Source of the DNA: an uncultured Muribaculaceae bacterium
GTDB taxonomy: Bacteria > Bacillota_I > Bacilli_A > RF39 > UBA660
Reading direction: 5' to 3'
DNA length: 36,818 nt
Assembly: GCA_964371745.1 (NCBI GenBank)
Contig: CAYJNS010000003.1
Location: 1 to 36,818 of the forward strand
The translations under genes and the position numbers were made by a program. Below the pieces are notes generated by a model. That model had not been told where the DNA came from and did not search any database. It saw only the letters and a list, made by a program, of their open reading frames with translations. Positions 8,635 through 18,776 of this stretch are shown here, one piece after another; position 1 is the stretch's first letter; the number at the start of each line of letters is the position of its first letter.

Positions 8635-10188
8635 ATGGATAAAGAGTATTTACCATTTTTAACCTTATTTCTTGGACTATTAATAGGAATGTTTATCTTA
8701 TGGATAGTTAATGTTTTAAAAAAGTCAAATATAGAAAAAAATGCTAATAAAATAATTGAAAGTGCTAAAAAGGAAGCGGACAAACATAAACGTGATACTC
8801 TTTTAGAATTAAAAGAGGAATCATATAAACTAAAAAAAGAAACTGATGCTGAAGTTAAAGAGAAAAAAAGTGAAATTTTAGCAAGTGAGGATAGACTTTT
8901 AACTAGAGAAAATAATTTAGATAAAAGAGAAGAAATGCTTCAAAAAAGAGATCTTTTAATTGAAGAAAAAGAAAAAAATATATTAGCAAAACAAAATACA
9001 TTACAAGAAAAAGAGGAAAAAATGGATAAGCTACTTAAAGATGAAGTAGCGCAGCTTGAAAAAATATCAGGCTTAAGTAAAGATAAAGCTAAAGAAAAAA
9101 TAATGGAAATTGTTGAAAAAAATATGGCTTTAGAAATTGCTGATTATATCAAAACAGAAGAGGCAAGTGCAAAATTAGTTGCTAATGAAAAAGCTAAGCA
9201 ATTAATAGTAAGTTCTATGGAACGTTATGCTGATGATGTAGTAGGTGAACAATCTGTTAGTACAATAGATTTACCTAGTGATGATATGAAAGGTAGATTA
9301 ATTGGTAGAGAAGGAAGAAATATTAGAACTATAGAATCTATTACTGGAGTTGATTTAATTATCGATGATACACCAGAGGCTATAGTAATTTCATCATTTG
9401 ATCCACTTAGAAGAGAAATAGCTAAAACGACTATTGAAACTTTAATAAAAGATGGAAGAATACATCCATCTAGAATTGAAGAATTATATGAAAAAGTGTG
9501 TAAAGATTTTAATAATAAAATAACTGAAATAGGTAATAAAACTGCTAATGATTTAGGTTTAACTAAAATAGATCCTGAAATAATAACATTAATAGGTAAA
9601 TTAAAATTTAGAACAAGTTATGGACAAAATGCATTAAAGCATTCAATTGAAGTTGCAAATCTTACTGGCTTAATGGCATCAGAATTAGGTGAAAATATCA
9701 CCTTAGCTAAAAGAGCTGGACTTTTACATGATATTGGTAAAGCAATAGACTTTGAAATAGAAGGATCTCATGTTGAAATTGGTAAAGATATAGCAAAACG
9801 TTATAAAGAACATGAAACTGTTATTAATGCAATTGCTTCACATCATGGCGATGAAGAAGCAAAAAGTGTTATTTCAGTATTAGTAGCTATAGCAGATACT
9901 TTATCAGCAGCTAGACCTGGTGCTAGAAATGATTCTTTAGAAAATTACATTAAACGTTTAGAAGAACTTGAAGAAATTGGTAATTCTTATGAGGGTGTAG
10001 AAAAAACATATGCTATGCAAGCTGGTAGAGAACTTAGAGTTATGGTTAAACCTGATGAGGTTGATGATACTAACAGTTATAAAATAGCTAGAGATATAAA
10101 AGAAAGAATAGAAAAAGAAATGCAATATCCTGGAACAGTAAAAATAACAGTAATTAGGGAAACAAGAGTACAAGAAGAAGCTAAGTAG
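8635..10188 (+). CDS. rny: Ribonuclease Y
   Basis: N-terminal TM helix and a long coiled coil. KH domain (GREGRNIRTIESITGVDLIIDD). HD domain (LLHDIGKA ... ASHHGDEE). 517 aa with RBS aaggagg. Confidence 0.95.
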   Translation: MDKEYLPFLTLFLGLLIGMFILWIVNVLKKSNIEKNANKIIESAKKEADKHKRDTLLELKEESYKLKKETDAEVKEKKSEILASEDRLLTRENNLDKREEMLQKRDLLIEEKEKNILAKQNTLQEKEEKMDKLLKDEVAQLEKISGLSKDKAKEKIMEIVEKNMALEIADYIKTEEASAKLVANEKAKQLIVSSMERYADDVVGEQSVSTIDLPSDDMKGRLIGREGRNIRTIESITGVDLIIDDTPEAIVISSFDPLRREIAKTTIETLIKDGRIHPSRIEELYEKVCKDFNNKITEIGNKTANDLGLTKIDPEIITLIGKLKFRTSYGQNALKHSIEVANLTGLMASELGENITLAKRAGLLHDIGKAIDFEIEGSHVEIGKDIAKRYKEHETVINAIASHHGDEEAKSVISVLVAIADTLSAARPGARNDSLENYIKRLEELEEIGNSYEGVEKTYAMQAGRELRVMVKPDEVDDTNSYKIARDIKERIEKEMQYPGTVKITVIRETRVQEEAK

Positions 10189-10195
10189 GTATTAT

Positions 10196-11074
10196 ATGAT
10201 AAAAATATTAACTAGAGCAACTCAATTAAATAAGTCTATTAAAGATTTATTTGAATCATATGGTATATCTTATGAAATATATATGCAAGAAATAAATAAT
10301 TTAATAAATACTAGTGATATTAGTAATATTCGTAAATCAATTGCTAATTTAGCTTTGAAGTTATCCTTAGAATTTGAAGATAGATTTGAAAAAAGATTGC
10401 CATATTTATATGGTGGTGGACATAAAAATGTATTTGAAACAAGTCAAGGTATTGTACAAAGTGAATTTGTTATAGATGGCATAAATCCTCTTTTAGGTTC
10501 TCAATTTACTGATGAACAAAAAGAAAAATATAAACATAAAGATGGTACAATTTATAATTGTTATAGTTATGATTGTAGTTCATTTTTAATGTTACTTTGG
10601 AAACTTGTTGGACTTGCTATTATTGATAAAACTGCATCTAATATGTTTCATGGATATGTAAGTGAAACGTATGATGAAATCATTTTACCAATGGGTAAAA
10701 TATACTTGTTAGGTGACTTTGATGAAAGTACACTAGTGAATAAAGAGTATTTTCCACAAATTTATGAAAAATATAATAGTGACAAACATAATATACAAAT
10801 TGGCGACATTTTATATACTACTAACCATGTTATACTAATTTCAGGCGTTAATGGAGATCAAAGTGTTTTTGAAACTGTTGAAGAAAAATCAGGTGGAATT
10901 GGTATGATTAGATCCATAATGGCTATGGATGACATAAATAATGGTAAATATGGTATTATATCAATAGATGAATTTATTAAAAATCCTGATTATATTGTTG
11001 ATAAATATAGTTTAGAATTTTATAAAAGTAACGAAGAGTATATTTCAAAGGGTGAATCCCAAAATATTAGATAA
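10196..11074 (+). CDS. NlpC/P60-like (C40 cysteine peptidase-like) protein, no signal peptide seen
   Basis: LPYLYGGGH..., YDCSSFLMLLWKLVGL and a later HVILISG resemble the NlpC/P60 Cys/His arrangement. The assignment is tentative. Confidence 0.4.
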   Translation: MIKILTRATQLNKSIKDLFESYGISYEIYMQEINNLINTSDISNIRKSIANLALKLSLEFEDRFEKRLPYLYGGGHKNVFETSQGIVQSEFVIDGINPLLGSQFTDEQKEKYKHKDGTIYNCYSYDCSSFLMLLWKLVGLAIIDKTASNMFHGYVSETYDEIILPMGKIYLLGDFDESTLVNKEYFPQIYEKYNSDKHNIQIGDILYTTNHVILISGVNGDQSVFETVEEKSGGIGMIRSIMAMDDINNGKYGIISIDEFIKNPDYIVDKYSLEFYKSNEEYISKGESQNIR

Positions 11075-11102
11075 AAAAATGTTGAAATTAATCAACATTT
11101 TT
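11075..11102. terminator. Bidirectional terminator between convergent genes
   Basis: 11-bp stem aaaaatgttga (11075-11085) / tcaacattttt (11092-11102) with loop aattaa. A-tract and T-tract flanks allow it to act on both strands. It overlaps the rnj stop. Confidence 0.55.
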
Positions 11103-12768
11103 ATTTTACTTCCATAATTACTGGTAATATTATTGGATGTCTTCCAGTTAAACCACTAATAAATGGCAATAACTCTAGTATAATTTGATTTTTAAGATCT
11201 AAATAACTATAAGGATTTTTATTTAAAAAGTCGTTTACAATAAAAGAAATTTTTTCTTCTATTTTTCTCATTAAATCTAAATTTTCATTTACAAGAACAA
11301 ACCCTCTAGCAGTTACATTAGGTTTAATTAATAATTTTCCAGCTTTAATATCAATATTAAGTATAGATATTAAAATTCCATCTTGACTCATAAGCTTACG
11401 ATCTTTAATAACAACTCCACCAATATCTCCAACTCGAGAACCATCAACATATATATCGCCAGCAGTTACTTTAGTTCCTCTTGTTACAGTTCCATTTAAA
11501 AGTTCTAATGAATCACCATTTTGACATATAAATATATTTTCTTTAGGGATATCAACTTCCTCAGCTAATTCTCCATGAGCTTTAAGCATTCTATATTCTC
11601 CATGAATTGGCATAAAGTATTTTGGTTTTGCAATTCTAAGCATAAGTTTAAGTTCATCAGCTTTACCATGACCTGAAGTATGAATATCAGAAAACTCTGT
11701 ATTAGTATAAGTTCTTACGCCTTTTAAATAAAGTTTGTTAATAGTTTTATTTATACTTGCTGAATTACCAGGTATAGGACTTGATGAAAATACAACTAAA
11801 TCATCAGGAATTAATGATATTTGTTTATGAGTACCATTTGCAATTCTAGTTAAGGCTGCAAGTGGTTCACCTTGAGATCCAGTACATAAAATACAAATTT
11901 CATTTTTTTTGATATTTTTAGCTTCAGCTGCAGTTATAAACATTGATTTATCTGTTAAAAGTCCATTATTAAGTGATAACTCAACATTGTTTTCCATAGA
12001 TCTACCAAATAAAATAATTTTACGATTATATTTTTTACATGTATCAATTATATGTTTAAGTCTATATATATTAGATGCAAATGTTGCTATAATAACTCTT
12101 CCTAAATGTTTTCCAATAATATCGTTAAGTGCTTCATCAACATTACTTTCACTTGTTGAAAAACCTGGATTTAAAGCATTAGTTGAATCACTTAATAAAA
12201 GAGTAACTCCCTCGTCTCCAACTTTAGCCATTTTATTAATATCAGCCATTGGTCCAATTGGAGTTAAATCAAACTTGAAATCTCCAGTTTCAAAAATTGT
12301 TCCGTTTGGTGTTTTAATTATTACTGCAAAAGAATCAGGTACTGAGTGAGTAGTGTTAATAAAATCAACTTCAAAGTATTTTGTTTTAATTATATATTCG
12401 CTATCAATTTGTTCAAAATTTTCATAGTTAATATTTCTTTCAACTATTTTTTTTCTCATTAAATCAATTGCAATTCTTGGCGCCCATATTTTTGGTATAT
12501 CTAAAGAAGCCAGTAAAAAAGGAACTCCACCAATATGATCTTCATGACCATGTGTAATTACTAATCCTTTTATTTTATCTGCATTTTTCTTTAAATAAGT
12601 TATATCTTGTATTACATAATCAATACCTAATAAATCATCTTCTGGAAACATAACCCCAGCATCAATAATTAACATTTCTTCATTATGAGTAACAACATAC
12701 ATGTTTTTACCAACTTCACCTAAACCACCTAAAGCTACAATAGACGTAGCAGTGCTATTATTTTTCAT
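11101..12768 (-). CDS. rnj: Ribonuclease J
   Basis: 555 aa. Metallo-beta-lactamase motif HGHEDHIGG, beta-CASP architecture and a C-terminal domain. RBS aagaggaaaag lies on the minus strand. Confidence 0.95.
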   Translation of the reverse strand: MKNNSTATSIVALGGLGEVGKNMYVVTHNEEMLIIDAGVMFPEDDLLGIDYVIQDITYLKKNADKIKGLVITHGHEDHIGGVPFLLASLDIPKIWAPRIAIDLMRKKIVERNINYENFEQIDSEYIIKTKYFEVDFINTTHSVPDSFAVIIKTPNGTIFETGDFKFDLTPIGPMADINKMAKVGDEGVTLLLSDSTNALNPGFSTSESNVDEALNDIIGKHLGRVIIATFASNIYRLKHIIDTCKKYNRKIILFGRSMENNVELSLNNGLLTDKSMFITAAEAKNIKKNEICILCTGSQGEPLAALTRIANGTHKQISLIPDDLVVFSSSPIPGNSASINKTINKLYLKGVRTYTNTEFSDIHTSGHGKADELKLMLRIAKPKYFMPIHGEYRMLKAHGELAEEVDIPKENIFICQNGDSLELLNGTVTRGTKVTAGDIYVDGSRVGDIGGVVIKDRKLMSQDGILISILNIDIKAGKLLIKPNVTARGFVLVNENLDLMRKIEEKISFIVNDFLNKNPYSYLDLKNQIILELLPFISGLTGRHPIILPVIMEVK

Positions 12769-12830
12769 TTCTTTTCCTCTTTTCTTATATAAGTTTTTTG
12801 GTAAAACTATTATAGCATAAAAATTAATAT

Positions 12831-12859
12831 TTGTCTATTCTTAAGATATTTGATATAAT
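12831..12859 (+). promoter_or_regulatory. Putative sigma-A promoter (extended -10) for the ASCH-ftsY-ylxM unit
   Basis: TTGTCT (12831-12836), 17-nt spacer ending in TGa, TATAAT (12854-12859). Confidence 0.55.
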
Positions 12860-12874
12860 TTACTGGGGATGTAT

Positions 12875-13279
12875 ATGAAAGTAATATCAATTAAAGAACC
12901 TTTTGCTACTTTGATAAAAGAAGGTATTAAAAAAATAGAAACTAGAAGTTTTAAAACTAAATATCGTGGTGAAATATATATTCATGCAAGTTTAACTAAA
13001 GAAGATACAACGAGAAAAGGAATTGAATTTAATGATCTAATAAAAGATTTAGAGTTTAATCCAGGATATATACTTTGTAAAGCTAACTTAGTGGATTGCA
13101 TAGAGTTTGATGAAAAATTTGTAAATGAACTTAAAGAAAATAATTATAATGAATATATATGTGGAGGATTCTCTCTTGGTAGATATGGCTGGATACTTGA
13201 TAATATAGAAGTTATAGAGCCTATAAAAGTAAAAGGTCAACTTGGTATATGGAATTATTATGATAAAGACAATACATAA
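12875..13279 (+). CDS. ASCH (PUA-like) domain protein
   Basis: MKVISIKEPFATLIKEGIKKIETRSFKTKYRGEIYIHAS is typical of ASCH-domain N-termini. ATG 12875 is better spaced from GGGGA than ATG 12869. Confidence 0.65.
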   Translation: MKVISIKEPFATLIKEGIKKIETRSFKTKYRGEIYIHASLTKEDTTRKGIEFNDLIKDLEFNPGYILCKANLVDCIEFDEKFVNELKENNYNEYICGGFSLGRYGWILDNIEVIEPIKVKGQLGIWNYYDKDNT

Positions 13280-13299
13280 TAAAGAAAGGAGGATAAGCT

Positions 13300-14283
13300 A
13301 TGGGATTATTTGATAAATTAAAAAGTTTTATTAGTAAAAAAGAAACAATTGAAGAAAAAGAGGATGTTATTGCTTATGAAGAAGGGCTTGAAAAAACACG
13401 TGAAGAGTTTTCATCAAAGTTAGTAACGCTTGGAAAGAAACATAAAAAAATAACTGAGGAATATTTTGAAGAACTTGAAAATATTTTAATTATGGCAGAT
13501 ATTGGTATAAATACAGTTATGGATTTTTTAGATGAGTTAAGGGATAGAGTAAAAAAAGAAAAAATAACAAGTGCAGAATATTTAAAAGAAATAATCGTTG
13601 ATGAACTGTTCATAATCTATGTTAATAATGAAAGTTTGACTGATAAAATGAATATAGAAAATGATGGACTTAATGTAATTTTAATGATAGGCGTTAATGG
13701 AGTAGGTAAAACTACTACTATTGCTAAACTTGCTCATAAATATAAATCTCTTGATAAAAAAGTTTTACTTATAGCAGGTGATACATTTAGAGCAGGTGCA
13801 ACAGAACAACTTAAAATATGGGCAGAGCGCACTGAAACTGACTTTTATGGTAAAGAAAATAGTGATCCAGCAAGTGTTATTTTTGATGGTCTTAAATACG
13901 GAAAAGAAATTGGTGCTGATATAGTATTAATTGATACAGCGGGAAGACTTCAAAACAAAGTTAATTTAATGAAAGAACTTGAAAAGATCAATAAAGTAAT
14001 TGAAAGAGAAGTAGAAGGTGCTCCTCATGAAACTCTTTTAGTAATTGATGCATCTACTGGTCAAAATGGTATTATGCAAGCAGAAAGTTTTAAAGAAATA
14101 ACTAATATTACCGGTATAGTATTAACTAAACTTGATGGAACAGCTAAAGGTGGTATAGTTCTTGCAATAAAAGAAAAAGTAAATATTCCAGTTAAATTTA
14201 TTGGTCTTGGTGAAAAAATGACAGATTTAAAAACATTTGATATAGAAAACTATATATATGGTTTATTTAAGGATATGATGTAA
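13300..14283 (+). CDS. ftsY: Signal recognition particle receptor FtsY
   Basis: SRP-GTPase motifs GVNGVGKTTTIAKLA, DTAGR and LTKLDGTAKGG. 327 aa. Confidence 0.95.
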   Translation: MGLFDKLKSFISKKETIEEKEDVIAYEEGLEKTREEFSSKLVTLGKKHKKITEEYFEELENILIMADIGINTVMDFLDELRDRVKKEKITSAEYLKEIIVDELFIIYVNNESLTDKMNIENDGLNVILMIGVNGVGKTTTIAKLAHKYKSLDKKVLLIAGDTFRAGATEQLKIWAERTETDFYGKENSDPASVIFDGLKYGKEIGADIVLIDTAGRLQNKVNLMKELEKINKVIEREVEGAPHETLLVIDASTGQNGIMQAESFKEITNITGIVLTKLDGTAKGGIVLAIKEKVNIPVKFIGLGEKMTDLKTFDIENYIYGLFKDMM

Positions 14284-14284
14284 T

Positions 14285-14575
14285 ATGGATAAGTTAATAT
14301 ATTATAATGAGTTATTTGATATATATGGAGAACTTTTTACTGAAAATCAAAAAGATATTTTTAAAGCTTACTATGAAGAAAATTTATCTCTTCAAGAAAT
14401 AGCTGATGAAAAAAAAGTATCAAGAGCATTTATCTCTAAATCAATTAATCAAACAGAAGAAAAATTAGAGGAATATGAAAATATTTTAAAATGTTTATAT
14501 AAAAAAGAACAAATTAATAAAATTATTAAATTAAATGATATAAATAAAATAAAAAAAGAATTAGAAAAGTTATAA
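14285..14575 (+). CDS. ylxM: YlxM/UPF0122-family putative HTH protein
   Basis: 96 aa, one nt after the ftsY stop. HTH LSLQEIADEKKVSRAFISKSINQ. This is the usual position downstream of ftsY. Confidence 0.8.
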   Translation: MDKLIYYNELFDIYGELFTENQKDIFKAYYEENLSLQEIADEKKVSRAFISKSINQTEEKLEEYENILKCLYKKEQINKIIKLNDINKIKKELEKL

Positions 14576-14610
14576 TTTTATAATTTAATCATATATCTTA
14601 CTAGAGGTGC

Positions 14611-14691
14611 ATGATGAAAAAGATTATAGAAAAGTTAAGAAGTATTTTTTCTGATAAAAAGGAAAAAGATGAAGAAAAAAATAGCGAGTAA
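14611..14691 (+). CDS. Candidate 26-aa micro-ORF (MMKKIIEKLRSIFSDKKEKDEEKNSE)
   Basis: Good RBS AGAGGTG 4 nt upstream of ATG 14611. Absent from the ORF track because of its length. No homology could be assessed. Confidence 0.3.
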   Translation: MMKKIIEKLRSIFSDKKEKDEEKNSE

Positions 14692-14692
14692 G

Positions 14693-15700
14693 CTATTTTT
14701 TTGATTTAGTATATTTTGATTTTTTCCTAGCTAAATATTTAATACTACTTATAGGCCCTGCTCCATATAATGAATTTATTGCAAGTCTTGTACTAGCTGA
14801 TAAGTTTTTAGCATATAAGTAATTTTCAACAATATCTTTTAATATAAAATTATTAACTTCGTCTATTGATATATTTTCATTTATAATTAAATGGTCTACT
14901 ATATTAAATGGTATATCTAATAATAATTCATTGTTATCAATGTTATCTTTAAAAGATATATTGTATTTTTTTTGTATTAATGATATATAATCAATAAATG
15001 AAATAGGTAAGTATAGTTTGAAAAAATCTTTAATAAATCTTTCTTTATCTATATAAATTAATCCTGCTATTTCTTTTATGTAATTTTTATATTCTAAAAT
15101 ATAATTACTATAAAAAAAATCCATATTTTGTTCAATATTTTTTTCTGCTTTTTTAGAGTCTTCAAACTTAAATAAAGTTCTTATATCACCTATAAAAGAA
15201 ATATTAAATAAAGTTTTTAAAAATTCATTAGTGGGAATAACATTTTTAGTTGTAAGCGCTATAGCAAAAATCATGGCAAAATCCTTATTTTGTTTTATTT
15301 TTATTAAATCATCAGCATTTAATCCATACGTATAAATAGGCTTTTGACATCTTCCACAAAAAGAAGTATCTTCCCAAGTATTTAAATTTTCCATAAATTT
15401 ATCTTTACTAGCAATGCCAAACTTGATTTTTTGATTATTAAATTCAGTATGTAAATAATTAACAATTAATTTATCACTTTCTTTTGTTAATAATTTATAA
15501 GTAAAACTTGATGAATATAAATCTTTATTTGATTTATAATTATCTTCATGCCATTTAACCCTGTCTTTTACTAAAAATATTCCATCCATTTGTTTAGCCT
15601 TATCATATTCTTTTTCAGTGAAATAAGAACCATAACCAATAACACTTTCAACGTTCGGTAATTTTTCTAAAAAATCTTTTAAAATTTTTATTTTATCCAT
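14693..15700 (-). CDS. Tam41/Mmp37-like nucleotidyltransferase (mitochondrial-type CDP-diacylglycerol synthase homologue)
   Basis: Blocks match my recollection of yeast Tam41: IGYGSYF (vs FGYGSGVF), WHEDNYKSNKDLYSS (vs FHSINMRQNPQHYSS), IKFGIASKDKFMENLNTWEDTSFCGRCQKPI (vs VKYGVVSMETLLKDIATWNTFYLAGRLQKPV), ISFIGDIR (vs LSYAGDIR), and C-terminal SSIKYLARKK (vs KSIKYAWAKK). Confidence 0.75.
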   Translation of the reverse strand: MDKIKILKDFLEKLPNVESVIGYGSYFTEKEYDKAKQMDGIFLVKDRVKWHEDNYKSNKDLYSSSFTYKLLTKESDKLIVNYLHTEFNNQKIKFGIASKDKFMENLNTWEDTSFCGRCQKPIYTYGLNADDLIKIKQNKDFAMIFAIALTTKNVIPTNEFLKTLFNISFIGDIRTLFKFEDSKKAEKNIEQNMDFFYSNYILEYKNYIKEIAGLIYIDKERFIKDFFKLYLPISFIDYISLIQKKYNISFKDNIDNNELLLDIPFNIVDHLIINENISIDEVNNFILKDIVENYLYAKNLSASTRLAINSLYGAGPISSIKYLARKKSKYTKSKK

Positions 15701-15798
15701 AAACCCTCCTGGTAAAAATATTATAAAATATAATTTACTTTATAGCAAGTAGTTATAATAATAAAATATATTCATATTCTTAATTAAGAGGTGTTTAT

Positions 15799-16935
15799 GT
15801 GAAAAAACTTTTAATAGGAATTATGGCTTTTTTTTGTTTAATAGGTACTATTAATGCAGAAGATTTAGCACCAAACTCAAAAAGTGCTATATTAATTGAT
15901 AAAGCTAGTGGTGAGATTTTATTTGAAAAAAATTCAAAAGAAAAATTATCTCCTGCATCAATGACTAAAATAGCAAGTTTGCTTTTAATAATGGAAGCAA
16001 TAGATGAGGGTAAAATTACTAAAGATGAAAATGTAACAATAAGTGAAACTGCAGCAAATATGGGAGGAAGTCAAATATTTTTAGAAGCAGGGGATGTATA
16101 TCCTGTTGAGGAACTTATTAAGGGAGTTGCAATTGCAAGTGGAAACGATGCGGTAGTTGCTCTTGCAGAAAAAGTAGCGGGCACTACATTAAATTTTGTT
16201 CAAATGATGAATGATAAATGTAAAGAACTAGGGTGTACATCGAGCAACTTTATGAATCCTCATGGATTAGATGAAGAAAACCATTATTCATCGGCTTATG
16301 ATATGTCCTTGCTTGCAAAAGAACTTTTAAAATATGAAGATATCTTAAATTATACAAGTATTTATGAAGAATATTTAACTAAAAGTGATGGATCTAAAAC
16401 TTGGCTTGTTAATACAAATCGTTTAGTAAGATTTTATCCAGGAGTTGATGGTTTAAAAACAGGTTTTACTGATACTGCAGGGTATTGCTTAACAGCAACT
16501 GCTTTAAAAAATGATTTGAGATTAATAAGCGTAGTTATGGGAAATGCTACAAGTGAAGCTAGAACTAATGATACTACTAATTTACTTAATTATGGATTTA
16601 ATAGTTATAAGTTATTTTTAATTAAAGAAAAAGAAAAATCTCTTGGAAAAGTTGATATTAAAAATGGGAAAATAAATGAAATAGATGTATATTTAGAAGA
16701 AGATGCAACAGATTTACAAAAAATAACTGATGGAAATAAAAGTTATGAATTTGATATAAAATTAGATGAAATAGAAGCACCAGTAAATAAAGGAGATATT
16801 GTAGGAAAAGCAGATATTATTGATAATGAGGGTGAAATTGTTGATACAGTTAATATAATTGTTAAAGAAAATATAGAAAAAGCAAGTTTATTTGATTACA
16901 TAATAAGAAATTTAAAATCACTTATATGTGGATAA
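15799..16935 (+). CDS. Serine-type D-Ala-D-Ala carboxypeptidase (PBP5/DacA/DacF-like)
   Basis: GTG start follows AGAGGTG. Signal peptide present. SxxK (SMTK), SxN (SGND) and KTG (KTGFT) motifs. C-terminal PBP5-type domain. Confidence 0.9.
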   Translation: MKKLLIGIMAFFCLIGTINAEDLAPNSKSAILIDKASGEILFEKNSKEKLSPASMTKIASLLLIMEAIDEGKITKDENVTISETAANMGGSQIFLEAGDVYPVEELIKGVAIASGNDAVVALAEKVAGTTLNFVQMMNDKCKELGCTSSNFMNPHGLDEENHYSSAYDMSLLAKELLKYEDILNYTSIYEEYLTKSDGSKTWLVNTNRLVRFYPGVDGLKTGFTDTAGYCLTATALKNDLRLISVVMGNATSEARTNDTTNLLNYGFNSYKLFLIKEKEKSLGKVDIKNGKINEIDVYLEEDATDLQKITDGNKSYEFDIKLDEIEAPVNKGDIVGKADIIDNEGEIVDTVNIIVKENIEKASLFDYIIRNLKSLICG

Positions 16936-16938
16936 ATT

Positions 16939-16965
16939 AAGGCTAATGCCTTTTTTATTTTCTTA
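16939..16965 (+). terminator. Rho-independent terminator after the carboxypeptidase gene
   Basis: aaggc (16939-16943) / gcctt (16948-16952) with loop taat, followed by ttttattttc. An extended -10 TGcTATAAT (16971-16979) for argS follows. Confidence 0.55.
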
Positions 16966-17004
16966 TTTTTTGCTATAATAAGCTAGTAAAACGGAGTGGT
17001 TATA

Positions 17005-18693
17005 ATGTATTTAAATGAATTAAATGAAATTTTAAACAAAGCTTTTGAAAAATTAGGTTATAAAGAAAAGGTTTCTTTTTCTTTTTCTGATAAAAAAGAA
17101 TTATGTGATTATCAATGTAATGATATATTTAAAATAGCAAAGTTATATAAAAAAAATCCAATTGAGATTGGAGAAAGTATAGAAAAAGAAATATTATCAT
17201 TAGAAAATTTCAAAGATTATTTTAACTCTATTAATTTTGTTAAACCGGGATTTTTAAATGTAAAATTAAGTGATAAATTTATAAATAAATATTTAAAGTT
17301 ATTTAATGAAGATATAACTTTATCAATTGATAAAGAAAAGGCTTTAAAAGTAGTATTAGACTATGGTGGCCCAAATGTTGCAAAACCACTTCATGTTGGA
17401 CATATGAGAACCGCTATAGTTGGAGAATCTATAAAAAGAATATTTAAATTTTTTGGTAATAGTACTATTTCAGATGTGCATCTAGGTGATTTTGGACTTC
17501 AAATAGGTCAAGTTATATACAAAATTTTAGAAGATAATAAAAGTATTGATGAAATAGATATTAAATATTTAGATGAAGTATACCCTAAAATGAGTGCTAT
17601 TTGTAAAGAAGATGAATCTATAAAAGAAAAATGTGCTGAAATAACACTTAAACTTCAAGAAGGTTTTAGTGATTATAGAAGTATATGGAAAAAAATATGC
17701 GAAGTTTCAATTTCGGATATAAAAAATATTTATAATTATTTAAATGTTTCTTTTGATTATTTTTATGGTGAAAGTGATGCTTATAATTATATAAAAGATA
17801 CAACAAAAGTATTAAGCCCCATAATTGAAGATAGTAAAGGTGCTAAAGTTATTTTTGTAAATGAAGAAAATGACAAAAAAGAATTACCTCCTCTTTTATA
17901 TCAAAAAAGTGATGGTGGTTATTTATATGCATCAACAGATTTAGCTACTATTTATCAAAGAAAAAAAGATTTTAATCCAGATAAAATAATATATATAACA
18001 GACGTTAGACAATCACTTCATTTTGAGCAGTTTTTTAGAGCATCTGATAAAGGCGGTTTATATGCTAAAGAAAATTTAGAACATTTAGTATATGGTACAG
18101 TAAATGGGGAAGATGGAAAACCTTATAAAACAAGGAGTGGTGATACACCTAAACTAGCAGACCTTTTTAAAAGTGCTAAAGAAATTTTTGTTTCCAAAAG
18201 AGAAGAAAATAAAACTTTAAGTGAAGACGATTTAGATATAATAGTAAATTCTATTTTGAAATTTGCTGATTTTCAAAATTCAAGAGAGAAAGATTATATA
18301 TTTGATTTAAATAAGTTTTCTGAGGTTAGTGGTAAAACAGGTCCATATATTTTATATACGTATTTAAGATTTAATAAAATATTAAATAATAATCATTATG
18401 ATAATAATCTTAGTGATAATATATATAATGAAGTAGATTTTAAATTAAGATTAAAATTACTTGAAGTAGGCGAAGCACTTAATAATGCATATATTGAAAG
18501 AAAACCTAATTATATTGCTGAATATTTATATTCGCTATGTAGTGATGCAAATATATTTTATCAAAATAATAATATAAGTGATGAAACAGATAGTCTTAAA
18601 AAAAATGATTATCTATATACTTTAAATTTAACTAATAAGATAATAAAACAATTATTAGAGTTACTAATAATTGATATTCCAAGTAAAATGTAA
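17005..18693 (+). CDS. argS: Arginyl-tRNA synthetase
   Basis: ATG 17005 lies 8 nt after GGAG. Class I HIGH-type motif HVGHMR. About 562 aa with the N-terminal additional domain and C-terminal anticodon-binding region typical of ArgRS. Confidence 0.93.
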   Translation: MYLNELNEILNKAFEKLGYKEKVSFSFSDKKELCDYQCNDIFKIAKLYKKNPIEIGESIEKEILSLENFKDYFNSINFVKPGFLNVKLSDKFINKYLKLFNEDITLSIDKEKALKVVLDYGGPNVAKPLHVGHMRTAIVGESIKRIFKFFGNSTISDVHLGDFGLQIGQVIYKILEDNKSIDEIDIKYLDEVYPKMSAICKEDESIKEKCAEITLKLQEGFSDYRSIWKKICEVSISDIKNIYNYLNVSFDYFYGESDAYNYIKDTTKVLSPIIEDSKGAKVIFVNEENDKKELPPLLYQKSDGGYLYASTDLATIYQRKKDFNPDKIIYITDVRQSLHFEQFFRASDKGGLYAKENLEHLVYGTVNGEDGKPYKTRSGDTPKLADLFKSAKEIFVSKREENKTLSEDDLDIIVNSILKFADFQNSREKDYIFDLNKFSEVSGKTGPYILYTYLRFNKILNNNHYDNNLSDNIYNEVDFKLRLKLLEVGEALNNAYIERKPNYIAEYLYSLCSDANIFYQNNNISDETDSLKKNDYLYTLNLTNKIIKQLLELLIIDIPSKM

Positions 18694-18776
18694 AAAGAAA
18701 CTTTTAGTTAAGTTTCTAGAACATTTAATGACAAATTTTTTATAATTTTAATAATACAATTATATTGGTGATAAAT

